In this document: one piece after another, positions 49,166-58,845 of the stretch
How positions within the stretch are numbered: position 1 is the stretch's first letter
Layout of the letters: every line of letters begins with the position of its first letter
Assembly: GCA_041666845.1 (NCBI GenBank)
Contig: JBAYGC010000002.1
Coordinates: 12,499 to 76,498 of the forward strand
From: Patescibacteria group bacterium
GTDB lineage: Bacteria; Patescibacteriota; Patescibacteriia; UM-FILTER-42-10
Direction: 5' to 3'
DNA length: 64,000 nucleotides
Translations under genes and position numbers: made by a program
Notes under the pieces: model-generated
The model's input: the letters and a program-made list of their open reading frames with translations, nothing else
The model's database searches: none
Told to the model about the DNA's origin: nothing

Positions 49166-50122
49166 TTATAAGTTCTTAAAAATCCATGGATAATGCTTTT
49201 CAACCAAATAAGCAACATCGCGTGGTTTAATAATACCGAATTCACAAATTATCCCTTTGATGAATTTGGAAGGAATACGGTCAAAAGCAAAATTGATTAT
49301 CTTTAAACCTTTCGGTCCGTTCGGCCAGATTTCTTTACGATCACGCAATTCGATGCCGACATATTTGCTGATAAATGTTTCTGGATCGGTTTTTAAAAGT
49401 GAAGCGGCGACATAAACCGGAATTTTTTCGTGATTGGCAACCTGAGCGATTCCGTAACTTCCGACCTTATTGATCACCGAACCACCAGAAGTAACCGAGT
49501 CAGCTCCCAGAAAAGCGATATCCACCATCACCTCGCGACCGCTGGTTCTGCTGATCAGAAATGCGGCGGCTGAATCAGCCACCATCGTTACATCAATCTT
49601 TTGTTTCAAAAGATTCTTCGCTGTTATCCTGCCCTGAAATAATGGACGGGTTTCCGTGCAAAAGACGTGCGGCACTTTCGAATGTTTACTCGCCTCAGTA
49701 ATGATATGCTCTACGGTAGAAGAATGGCAGTGCGTAAATACTTTCATATTCGGCTTGATCAGCTTTGCTCCGGCTTCGGCAATTTTGTGATCATGATATT
49801 TTATTAAAACCAAAAAGAGATGACAGGCTTTTTTCAGCAATTTTGCCAGCTCTGGGACTGACAAACCTTCTTTATTATTTTCTAAATAATGTAAAACAAA
49901 TTGGACAGAATTACGGGACAGCGGTTCAGTCGGCCTAGCTTCCGCCAGGGCTTTGCCGCTTTTACGAATTGCGGAAAGGAACTGATTTTTATTCTTCTTT
50001 AACAGCTGATTACTTTCCAACTGTAAAGCATCCAAAATCACTTTGGTTATCTGCGTTGCACCCTGTATTTCTAAAGATGCAATTTTTGTTACTGTTTTTT
50101 GTACCGCACTATTCATAAACAA
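49166..50122 (-). CDS. Ribose-1,5-bisphosphate isomerase (eIF2B-like)
   Basis: IQGA, RPTEP, THCHSS, ETRP.FQG, GAD, NKVG, FD. Confidence 0.92.
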   Translation of the reverse strand: MFMNSAVQKTVTKIASLEIQGATQITKVILDALQLESNQLLKKNKNQFLSAIRKSGKALAEARPTEPLSRNSVQFVLHYLENNKEGLSVPELAKLLKKACHLFLVLIKYHDHKIAEAGAKLIKPNMKVFTHCHSSTVEHIITEASKHSKVPHVFCTETRPLFQGRITAKNLLKQKIDVTMVADSAAAFLISRTSGREVMVDIAFLGADSVTSGGSVINKVGSYGIAQVANHEKIPVYVAASLLKTDPETFISKYVGIELRDRKEIWPNGPKGLKIINFAFDRIPSKFIKGIICEFGIIKPRDVAYLVEKHYPWIFKNL

Positions 50123-50137
50123 AGTATACCATTTATA

Positions 50138-51961
50138 TCATTCCCATTCAATTGTGCCTGGCGGCTTGTTGGTAAAATCGAAGACAATCAGATCAATTTT
50201 TTTAATTCGTTTTAAACGTCCGACAATCCGGTCAATAAAAAGCTGGGGCAGTGGAAAAAATTTAACCGTCATTGCTTCTTCTGATTGCACTGGGCGCAGT
50301 ATTACAGTATAACCACCCATGGTGGAATACGAAGCCAGGATTACCGGAAATTGCCAAATTTTGAAATCCAGCTGGGCTTTTTTCATTTCAGATCGCACGA
50401 TATCATCAATACCTTGCAATAGTGCCACATTATTTTTCGTCAGCAGCAGTTTAATATTTTTTCCCCCGCTGATATCTTTTTTCCTACTGAAAATCACCCG
50501 ACACACCCGATTAACATTTTGGATCTGATTTGCCACCAGCGGGCCGAGTTTTTGCATCTGGACAGTACTCATTTCCCCGGAAAATACCGCGGGATGTGCA
50601 TAAGTACGTTCATCACCCTGAACCCCCACGCTTCTGACCGGCAGTACCCAGCCTTTAATATTCGATTTATTTTCATAATTGAACTGTGAAACTATTGCAT
50701 CCAGGTTATTATTTTCTTTGTTTAAATTTATTCTGATCTTTGTTCCATTTGAACAAATCATTCTAATGGCTAATCCTGGTCCGGGAAAAGGATGACGATT
50801 GATAATTTCTTCGGGCAGGCCAATCTGCTTACCGAGCAACCGCACTTCATCTTTATATAAATCCTTTAGAGGCTCAATAACCAACCCACGCTTTATTAAT
50901 TCCAGAACTTCTTTTACTCGATTATGATGCGTCTTTATTTTGTCCGCATGCTTTGTCCCGCCCGATTCGATAGTATCAGGATAAATAGTGCCCTGCGCCA
51001 AAATCCATTCCTTTGGATTCAGCTTGAATTGCTTCATTGCAATTCTCTGTACATCCAAATACGTCCTGCCGATAATCTTGCGCTTTTGTTCCGGACTGAC
51101 CACGTTTTTTAATCTCTTATAAAATAATGCAGATGCGTCCATAACTTCCAGATTGGTAAATCCCAACTTGTTAAATCGTTCCTTAATTTCCTTTGATTCA
51201 TTTTTTCTCATGAACCCCAGATCAATATGCAAACCGAATACCTTTTCTTTGCCTAAAATTCTGTTTAGTAGCCCGAAACATACCGCCGAATCAACTCCAC
51301 CGGAAACCAGCAAAAAAACCTTGCGATCGCCTACCTTTTTTACTATATCACTTTTTATTTCGTCTAAATAATGTGTGATGTCCCACTCTTTTTTGGCACC
51401 ACAGATATTGAAAACGAAATTGCTAATCAATTCCATTCCATATTCAGTATGGGACACTTCGGGGTGAAACTGGACACCATAAATTTTTTTGGTAACATTA
51501 CCCATTGCCGCAATCGGGCAATCATCTGTTCTTGCCATAATCTTAAATCCCTTTGGCACATTTAACACCAAGTCCCCGTGACTCATCCAAACCTGCTTTT
51601 TTGTTCCAAATTTCCTGAACAGGCTGCCGGATTCATTTACTGATAAATTGGCAAAACCATATTCTCTCACATCTCCCCTCTCTACTTTTCCGCCCAGCAG
51701 ATAACTGATCAGTTGGTGACCATAGCAAACACCAAGAATTGGTATACCGCTTCTTAGAATTTTTCGGTCAAATTTTATTTTTCCGTCATAAACACTGTTC
51801 GGTCCGCCGGACAGAATTATCCCCCAGGAAGACTTCAATTCACTAATAGGTGTTTCGGGACTATAAATATTAGCTAAAACACCCAACTGGCGGATTCTTC
51901 GTGCAATTAAGTGGGTGTATTGTGAACCAAAATCCAGGATTGATATGTGTTTTTGTTTCAT
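50138..51961 (-). CDS. guaA: GMP synthase (long form)
   Basis: DFGSQY, GVCYG, QFHPE, SGGVDS, IKTHHN, HPFPGPG, KPPGTIEWE. Confidence 0.97.
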   Translation of the reverse strand: MKQKHISILDFGSQYTHLIARRIRQLGVLANIYSPETPISELKSSWGIILSGGPNSVYDGKIKFDRKILRSGIPILGVCYGHQLISYLLGGKVERGDVREYGFANLSVNESGSLFRKFGTKKQVWMSHGDLVLNVPKGFKIMARTDDCPIAAMGNVTKKIYGVQFHPEVSHTEYGMELISNFVFNICGAKKEWDITHYLDEIKSDIVKKVGDRKVFLLVSGGVDSAVCFGLLNRILGKEKVFGLHIDLGFMRKNESKEIKERFNKLGFTNLEVMDASALFYKRLKNVVSPEQKRKIIGRTYLDVQRIAMKQFKLNPKEWILAQGTIYPDTIESGGTKHADKIKTHHNRVKEVLELIKRGLVIEPLKDLYKDEVRLLGKQIGLPEEIINRHPFPGPGLAIRMICSNGTKIRINLNKENNNLDAIVSQFNYENKSNIKGWVLPVRSVGVQGDERTYAHPAVFSGEMSTVQMQKLGPLVANQIQNVNRVCRVIFSRKKDISGGKNIKLLLTKNNVALLQGIDDIVRSEMKKAQLDFKIWQFPVILASYSTMGGYTVILRPVQSEEAMTVKFFPLPQLFIDRIVGRLKRIKKIDLIVFDFTNKPPGTIEWE

Positions 51962-52086
51962 ACTTGTCTTTATTGTAAAATATACTTACAATTAAAACAA
52001 CATTTTAGCTTTTTACCTAAATATCTCAACCCCGTCCACCATGGCTTCGCCATAGGCAAGCCGGTCGGGACTAAACTCTAATTACT

Positions 52087-53562
52087 ATGTTTACCCAGTT
52101 TGAAGAAACACTAACATTTGATGATGTACTTCTAGTACCATTAAAGTCATCAATTCTTCCGAATGAAACAGATATTAAGACCAGGCTGACACGCAGAATA
52201 AATTTGAATATTCCATTAATCTCATCCCCAATGGACACTGTAACCGAACATCGGCTGGCAATTGCCCTGGCACTGCACGGCGGGATTGGAATAATCCATA
52301 AAAACATGCCGGCCGACAAACAGGCACAGGAAGTCAGCTACGTAAAAAGGTTTGAAAACGGTTTTATCGAAAATCCTGTTACACTGCAACCGGAAGACCC
52401 AATTGATGATGCGGCGGAGATTAGAGATAAGAAGGGTTACAAAAAAATCCCGGTTGTCGACAAAAATAATAAATTGGTCGGCATGATCACCGAGCAGGAC
52501 TATTTTGTACCGGATGATTTGAAATTGCCGATAAAATTTAAGATGAAAAGATTGAATGAAATTGTGGTCGCCAAACACGGCATAACCCTTCAGCAGGCAA
52601 ATACAATTATTCGCGAGAAAAAACTTACCGCATTACCAATAGTCAACAAACAGGGAAAACTGGTGAGTATGGTTACCAGAAAAGATTTGGAAAAAAACGA
52701 GCAACATCCCAATGCCTGTAAAGACAATAAAAAACAACTGCGTGTCGGTGCCGCTATCTCAGTCGGACCGGAAGCACTGGAACGTGCCAAATACTTGGTT
52801 GCCGCCGGAGTAGATGTATTGGTTGTCGATACTGCGCACGGACACACAAAAGGCGTACTTGATACTGTGCGGGCACTGAAAAAAAATAAATTATTTTCCA
52901 ATGTTGATGTTATCGCCGGAAATGTTGCAACTGAAGAAGGAACCAGGGACCTGATCCGCGCTGGTGCAGATGCCGTAAAAGTGGGCGTCGGCCCTGGATC
53001 GATCTGTACTACCAGAGTTGTTGCAGGAATCGGCGTACCACAAATCAGCGCGATTTTGGCGGCAGTCAAAGGACGCGGGAAATCAAATATTCCCATCATT
53101 GCTGACGGCGGTATCAGATATTCAGGTGATATTGTAAAAGCACTGGGCGCAAAGGCGGATTCTGTAATGATCGGCAGTCTGTTTGCCGGATGTGATGAAA
53201 CACCAGGTGAGATAGAGTATGAAGGCGGTAAAATGTATAAATCCTACCGCGGAATGGGATCAAAGGAAGCCATGGTCCACGGATCGAAAGACCGCTACGG
53301 TCAGGGTGAACAAAGTGACAGTGAAAAGCTCGTACCAGAAGGGGTATCAGCCAGAGTCATTTACAAAGGTTTGGTTTCAAGGCACATATATCAGCTGGTA
53401 GGCGGGATAAGATCCGGCATGGGCTATATCGGTTCTAAAACAATCCCGGAACTGCACAATAAAGCAAAGTTTATTAAAATCAGCCCGGCTGGGCTGCGGG
53501 AAAGTCATCCGCATGATGTTACAATAACCAAGCAGCCACCAAATTATCATTCGGAAAAGTAA
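52087..53562 (+). CDS. guaB: IMP dehydrogenase
   Basis: MDTVTE, CBS pair, GPGSICTT, YRGMGS, PEG. Confidence 0.97.
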   Translation: MFTQFEETLTFDDVLLVPLKSSILPNETDIKTRLTRRINLNIPLISSPMDTVTEHRLAIALALHGGIGIIHKNMPADKQAQEVSYVKRFENGFIENPVTLQPEDPIDDAAEIRDKKGYKKIPVVDKNNKLVGMITEQDYFVPDDLKLPIKFKMKRLNEIVVAKHGITLQQANTIIREKKLTALPIVNKQGKLVSMVTRKDLEKNEQHPNACKDNKKQLRVGAAISVGPEALERAKYLVAAGVDVLVVDTAHGHTKGVLDTVRALKKNKLFSNVDVIAGNVATEEGTRDLIRAGADAVKVGVGPGSICTTRVVAGIGVPQISAILAAVKGRGKSNIPIIADGGIRYSGDIVKALGAKADSVMIGSLFAGCDETPGEIEYEGGKMYKSYRGMGSKEAMVHGSKDRYGQGEQSDSEKLVPEGVSARVIYKGLVSRHIYQLVGGIRSGMGYIGSKTIPELHNKAKFIKISPAGLRESHPHDVTITKQPPNYHSEK

Positions 53563-53567
53563 TATAC

Positions 53568-53597
53568 AAAAAGACGGGTTTCAAATCCGTCTTTTTT
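53568..53597. terminator. Bidirectional terminator
   Basis: AAAAAGACGG...CCGTCTTTTT between convergent genes. Confidence 0.8.
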
Positions 53598-53608
53598 GAT
53601 TCTCTCTA

Positions 53609-55045
53609 TTATATTCTCTTTCTCAATTTCATGTGCGCCAGCTGTAACTGCGTCAGGAGATTCGTCTCATCGACAAAATTGTGTTTACGATTTGAAATAA
53701 CAAAATTTCCGTTAATCATCAGATCTCTGATATTTCTCCCGCCGTAGGTAATCATATTACTGACCAATGTCTTCGGGTCATTTGAATTATATGGTAAGAA
53801 TCCCCGGTCCTGCAGTTTCCAGAATGCAATATCCGCTCGGTACCCAGGCAATATTTTACCGACGTTTGACAGTCCCAAAAGCTTCGCTCCTTGTGCCGTA
53901 ATCATATTAAATAAATCACTGTACGGAACGATTTTCTTGTTTTGATGCATTGTCTTCGTCTGCAGCGCTTCAGTAAGCAAGTCCAGCCTGTTTTTACTGA
54001 CCACACTGTCCGTTCCCAACGCGATCTGTTTGGTAGCTTTAATCTTATGAAATAACGGATAGTCAAACTGCCCACTGCGGTGCAACAGGTTGGATGTCGG
54101 CAGATGTACAACTCCAACTTTCCTCTTCAGAATCAATTCTACTTCTTCCCTGCCCACGTGGACCACATGTGACATCATGGTTCTGGAATTCAATAGTCCG
54201 TACCGATCCAGTACTTTCACCGGATGTTCTCCGAATTTTTTCATGGACTTCTCCAGTGACTCCTTGGTTTCCGCAACATGGATAGTAAACAGCGCGTTAT
54301 ACTTTTTTTGAAGAAGCCTAACTTTTTTAAAAACTGCCGGCGACGCCTTGTGTGGTTCGTGAATTGCAATTGCCGGCTCTGTATGATATTTTGCTTTGTT
54401 CTTCAGATATCTTTCAACCATGGCCGGTGTATTTTCCGGATGGGAGTTACTTACCGCGCTGATAGCATTGATCACTTCGTGGCCGGTTAATTTTCCCGCG
54501 TCGTCAATCGGGTCGAACACACCGTAGTGACTTAGCGTTGTGGTTATGCCGAACATCTGTTGTTCTGTAAAATCCCCCACCGCTCCCAGAAAGAAATCAT
54601 CTTCCTTCATTTTTCCTTCCAGTTTTGCCATGCCAACCAGTGTCTTCTCCAGGTTAGCCTCAGAAAAGGTTAATGTTGACCTAAGTAAATACATCGGCGG
54701 GTGGGCATGTGCATTAACTAATCCGGGGGTTACCACAATTCCTCCGCGCTGTTCTGCATCATAAATCAGATCGATCTCAGTCAAATCAACAAATGAAAGC
54801 TCGGTGGCTTTTAATACTTTTTTTATTATTCCGTCTTCAATCAAAATTGACCGTCCGGACAAAACCTCCAGTTTATCCTCCTGATTGATCGTAATCAAAA
54901 AAGGGATTCCATGGATTAATACTTTTCTAGGATTCCCTTCGCGCAATAAAGTGTAGCGGTTTTTACCTTTCCCGCTCGTTTCAAATGTGACATTTTTCTG
55001 CCGATACTCCAGTTCGTTTTTTAAATCTGAAAAATTATTATTCAT
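53609..55045 (-). CDS. Amidohydrolase (guanine / MTA-SAH deaminase-like)
   Basis: PG.VNAHAH, HVAE, HVVH, GTDS, G.I..G..AD. Confidence 0.85.
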   Translation of the reverse strand: MNNNFSDLKNELEYRQKNVTFETSGKGKNRYTLLREGNPRKVLIHGIPFLITINQEDKLEVLSGRSILIEDGIIKKVLKATELSFVDLTEIDLIYDAEQRGGIVVTPGLVNAHAHPPMYLLRSTLTFSEANLEKTLVGMAKLEGKMKEDDFFLGAVGDFTEQQMFGITTTLSHYGVFDPIDDAGKLTGHEVINAISAVSNSHPENTPAMVERYLKNKAKYHTEPAIAIHEPHKASPAVFKKVRLLQKKYNALFTIHVAETKESLEKSMKKFGEHPVKVLDRYGLLNSRTMMSHVVHVGREEVELILKRKVGVVHLPTSNLLHRSGQFDYPLFHKIKATKQIALGTDSVVSKNRLDLLTEALQTKTMHQNKKIVPYSDLFNMITAQGAKLLGLSNVGKILPGYRADIAFWKLQDRGFLPYNSNDPKTLVSNMITYGGRNIRDLMINGNFVISNRKHNFVDETNLLTQLQLAHMKLRKRI

Positions 55046-55055
55046 TTGCTTGATA

Positions 55056-56090
55056 TTATAGCAGAATTTGCTTTTTTGCCCAAATTGCGTGGGAGGCGAT
55101 CAAATCATCCTCACTTTTTATCAATAATTCAATAGCTGGTAATGCTTCCGCACTACCCCAGTTTCCCAGAGCAACCGCGACATTTCTCATAAACCCGCAG
55201 TATTTTGTCCGCTTAATCGGGCTGTTTTTGAATCTAACCTTAAAATCCTCTGCAGATAATTTTGCCAAGTCAATAAGCTTTGGTGCGATCAAATCTTTGT
55301 TGGCAGTAAATTCTTTTATTGAATTCAGCTTCGACTTACTGTTCCAGGGACAGACTTCCTGACAAATATCACAACCGTATATTCTGTTTTTCATCAATGG
55401 ACGCAATTCCTGTGGTATAGCATCTTTTAATTCAATAGTAAGATATGAAATACAGCGTCGGGCGTCCAGTACTTTATCATCGACCAGTGCATTCGTCGGA
55501 CAATTATTTCTGCAGCGCTGACACGTCCCGCACGATCCAATCAGCTTATTTACATAACTGTCCAATTCAATGTCTATTAAAACCTCACCCAGAAAAATAT
55601 ATGAGCCCATTTGATAATTTATCAGATTGGTGTTGTTGCCGATAAATCCCAGTCCGGACCGGTTAGCATATTCCCGCTCCAAAAAAGGCCCGGTGTCTAC
55701 ATAAACTTTTGCATTGATATCTTTTTTCAAAATACCTGAAATCAATCTAGCAAGTTTTTCCAAACACAGCTTAACAACATCGTGATAATCATCAAACCAG
55801 GCATATCGAGCGATAATCCCTCTTGAAGGATCATTCAATAAATCCGCCGGAATATCCATATTATAATAATTCACCCCGACCATGATTACGGTTTTCGCCT
55901 CTGGGAATATTTTTTTTGGATTATTACGCTTTTCCTGGCCACGCCGGATCCAATCCATATCACCCGCCATCCCGGATTTTAACCATCGGTCAAGCTGCTG
56001 ATTTTGCTGACTGGGTTGAATAGGAATTATCCCTATTAAATCAAAACCAAGTTTTTTTCCGGCATTATGAATACTTTGTGTAATTTCCAT
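55056..56090 (-). CDS. queG: Epoxyqueuosine reductase
   Basis: RYA..DYH, VDTGP.LER, CGTC..C...CPT, CISY.TIE, GCD.CQ.VCPWN. Confidence 0.95.
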   Translation of the reverse strand: MEITQSIHNAGKKLGFDLIGIIPIQPSQQNQQLDRWLKSGMAGDMDWIRRGQEKRNNPKKIFPEAKTVIMVGVNYYNMDIPADLLNDPSRGIIARYAWFDDYHDVVKLCLEKLARLISGILKKDINAKVYVDTGPFLEREYANRSGLGFIGNNTNLINYQMGSYIFLGEVLIDIELDSYVNKLIGSCGTCQRCRNNCPTNALVDDKVLDARRCISYLTIELKDAIPQELRPLMKNRIYGCDICQEVCPWNSKSKLNSIKEFTANKDLIAPKLIDLAKLSAEDFKVRFKNSPIKRTKYCGFMRNVAVALGNWGSAEALPAIELLIKSEDDLIASHAIWAKKQILL

Positions 56091-56223
56091 ATAAATATTC
56101 TAGCAATTATATGAGTATTAGCACAGTCAAATTGACATGTCTCAGATTTGAGCCTAAACTCTATATGGCCTAAAAAAGCCCGTTTGTTCATTGTCACCGG
56201 CTCAACACCAGAAAGGAGCAGAC

Positions 56224-56652
56224 ATGGACTGGAATAAAGTCCGGCAAATAGTCAGCCTGCTCCAAGAGCATCCAACTATTGCCGAGCTGGAAGTACGGAA
56301 CGGGATGGGATTTTCCAAAGTTCTTGTCCACATGACACCCTCGGGCATTCCCACCACCCAGCAATCAACTGAGGAAGGACAGATAGTACAGAAACAGCTG
56401 TACACTATCGAATCGCCGTCCGTAGGATGGTATTTGGCTGCAGCCGATCTGGAGAAAAATCCGCCGCTTGTCGAGGGCAGTTTTGTTTCGCAGGGCGAAA
56501 TCGTAGGTTACATAGAAATGCACGGTCTGCGAGATAAGGTCGTTGCCCAATTTGCCGGAACAATCAGGCAGATTCATGCCGAAACCGGTAAACCGGTGGA
56601 ATACGGCCAAAAGCTGTATGTCGTTGAGCAATCCTGCGAATCCGGAAAGTGA
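56224..56652 (+). CDS. AccB/BCCP-like protein lacking the biotinyl-lysine
   Basis: I.SP.VG, V..G..VG.IE, GTI, VEYGQ.L; EMHGL replaces EAMKM; own promoter, SD and terminator. Confidence 0.8.
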   Translation: MDWNKVRQIVSLLQEHPTIAELEVRNGMGFSKVLVHMTPSGIPTTQQSTEEGQIVQKQLYTIESPSVGWYLAAADLEKNPPLVEGSFVSQGEIVGYIEMHGLRDKVVAQFAGTIRQIHAETGKPVEYGQKLYVVEQSCESGK

Positions 56653-56756
56653 ACAGAACCCACTCGCTCCTTACATCAGGCACCCGCTTGATGTTTTTTT
56701 TAATCTAGATATGAGATATAATGGTTTAAGCCCTATACTACTAGTTTATACATAAA

Positions 56757-57878
56757 ATGATTAAAGCAATAATATTTGATTTTGGAAATGTAATAGCCAG
56801 TTTTGACAACGGTCTATTTTTGCAAAGGATTTCTAAATATACCAGTAAATCGATTTCTGAATTGAATAAATTAATTTATAAAAAATCAAAACTGCCAAGC
56901 CAATATGAGCAGGGCGAAATCGACTCTAATGAATTTTATGAAAAAGTCGTAAAATTGTGTAGCCTGAAAATTAGCCAAAAGCAATTTAGAGACGCCTATA
57001 CTCAAATATTTACTCCCATCCCGGGAACGATCAAGCTGATTAATAAACTAAAACCGAATTACAAGCTGGGACTTTTATCCAGCACCAGCGAGTGGGATTT
57101 CGAATTCGGATTCAAGCCGATAATTGATGTTTCAGTTTTTGATTCCGTTACACTAACCTATCAGTTAGGAATCAAAAAACCTGATCCTAAATTATTTCAT
57201 GATACTTTGACAAAACTGCATGTTCTACCAAATGAAGCGGTCTATATTGATGATCTCACTAAAACAATCAAGATGGCCAATAATTTGGGTATTCATGGGA
57301 TTCTATTTACCGGTCATGACGCACTCGTGGACTCACTAAATAGATTGGGAGTTAAAATCCAAAATCCATATCGTCCGAATTATAAACAAAGAGTCACGAT
57401 CGTAAACGAGAACGATAAAAAAATCGGCTACAAATTTCGAGATCAAATCAAACCGGAAGATATTTTTCGCGCGACCGGCTTATGGATTACCAACTCAAAA
57501 GGTGAAGTACTTTTGGCAAAAAGATCATTCTCAAAAAAAACAAATCCGGGTTTATGGAGTACCGCCGTTGCCGGAACGATTGAAGAAGGTGAAACTTACA
57601 AACAAAATATTATTAAAGAAGCAAAAGAAGAACTTGGAATTATTGGCGAAACTTTTATCCCCTATGAAAAAACCAGGATCCGAGGAAAACACAATTTCTT
57701 TATCCAATGGTTTACTTTTGTCATAGATAAAAAAGCCGAGGAATTTAAACTTCAATCAGAAGAAGTTGCTGAGGTAAGATGGTTTAAAAAATCGGAAATT
57801 AAAATATTATTGAAAAAGAGACCAGAAATGTTCACGTCTTCATTACCACAATGGGTATCACTGTTTCTGGCAAAATAG
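56757..57878 (+). CDS. HAD phosphatase-NUDIX fusion
   Basis: FDFGNV/KPD/IDD, then R...K...PG.W...AG..E.GE...EA.EELG. Confidence 0.9.
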   Translation: MIKAIIFDFGNVIASFDNGLFLQRISKYTSKSISELNKLIYKKSKLPSQYEQGEIDSNEFYEKVVKLCSLKISQKQFRDAYTQIFTPIPGTIKLINKLKPNYKLGLLSSTSEWDFEFGFKPIIDVSVFDSVTLTYQLGIKKPDPKLFHDTLTKLHVLPNEAVYIDDLTKTIKMANNLGIHGILFTGHDALVDSLNRLGVKIQNPYRPNYKQRVTIVNENDKKIGYKFRDQIKPEDIFRATGLWITNSKGEVLLAKRSFSKKTNPGLWSTAVAGTIEEGETYKQNIIKEAKEELGIIGETFIPYEKTRIRGKHNFFIQWFTFVIDKKAEEFKLQSEEVAEVRWFKKSEIKILLKKRPEMFTSSLPQWVSLFLAK

Positions 57879-57890
57879 AATAGTTATTAG

Positions 57891-58811
57891 CTATATTTTC
57901 TTTGGAAATATTATAGAAAGAATAATCGAGGAAAATAGCGCAAGCATAATGATGCCAAATGAAATCAAAGATGATATATTTAGACCGAATATCCCGGAAA
58001 GCATTTTTAATCCGATAAATAAAAGGATAAAAGCAAGACCTTTCTGTAAATGATGGAATCGATGCAGAACGCTTTCTATTAAAAAAAATAATGCCCTTAA
58101 CCCCAGGATTGCAAAAATATTGGAAGTGAATACAATAAAAAAATTCTGCGAGATGGCAAAGACAGCTGGAATAGAGTCGACAGCAAAAAGAATATCGGTC
58201 GCTTCTACTAAAATCATGATCATGAACAGTGACGTAAACATAAACTTGCCATGTTCACGGAAGAAGAATTTTCCATTATGATGATTCGCGGTAAAAGGAA
58301 GATATTTGCGGGCAATTTTAATTACCCGGTTATCATTGAAATCAACATGCTCTTCTTTCTTATCACGTAGAAGTTTGATGCCGGTATATAGAAGAACAGC
58401 ACCGAAAATATATAATACCCAGTGAAATTGATGAATAATATAAGCTCCGACACCAATAAATACTCCTCTGAAAACAATCGCTCCCATGATGCCCCAGAAA
58501 AGAACCCTATGGTGGAATTTTTCCTCCAGCTTAAAATAGCTGAAAATAAGCATGATCACAAAGAGATTGTCTACAGATAACATCTTTTCCGTGACGTACG
58601 CACTCATGAATTGTGCGGCCAATTCATGATCCATGTATGTATAGATCAATAAACCAAAAAGTACGGAAATCGCGATCCAAAATATTGACTGATACAATGC
58701 CGGTCTAAATTCTATTTTGTGGCTTTTTCGGTTAAAAAAACCCAGGTCAATAATTAAAAACAAAGTAACAACCACCCCAAATAGAATAAACAATTTTGTC
58801 TGAATATCCAT
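57891..58811 (-). CDS. TerC/Alx family membrane protein
   Basis: E..LSVDN.F, E.TD..FAVDSIPA, SNIFAILGLR. Confidence 0.95.
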   Translation of the reverse strand: MDIQTKLFILFGVVVTLFLIIDLGFFNRKSHKIEFRPALYQSIFWIAISVLFGLLIYTYMDHELAAQFMSAYVTEKMLSVDNLFVIMLIFSYFKLEEKFHHRVLFWGIMGAIVFRGVFIGVGAYIIHQFHWVLYIFGAVLLYTGIKLLRDKKEEHVDFNDNRVIKIARKYLPFTANHHNGKFFFREHGKFMFTSLFMIMILVEATDILFAVDSIPAVFAISQNFFIVFTSNIFAILGLRALFFLIESVLHRFHHLQKGLAFILLFIGLKMLSGIFGLNISSLISFGIIMLALFSSIILSIIFPKKI

Positions 58812-58845
58812 ATAAATTGATTATATTTTTACAAAATTAATTCAT

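Noticed and set aside
49165-49245. N-terminal extension of RbcL in the ORF track
   Set aside because: It overlaps the isomerase gene; the ATG at 49164 is the plausible start.
52029-52070. GC-rich hairpin before guaB as a purine riboswitch
   Set aside because: It lacks the purine-aptamer consensus and looks like a REP-type palindrome.
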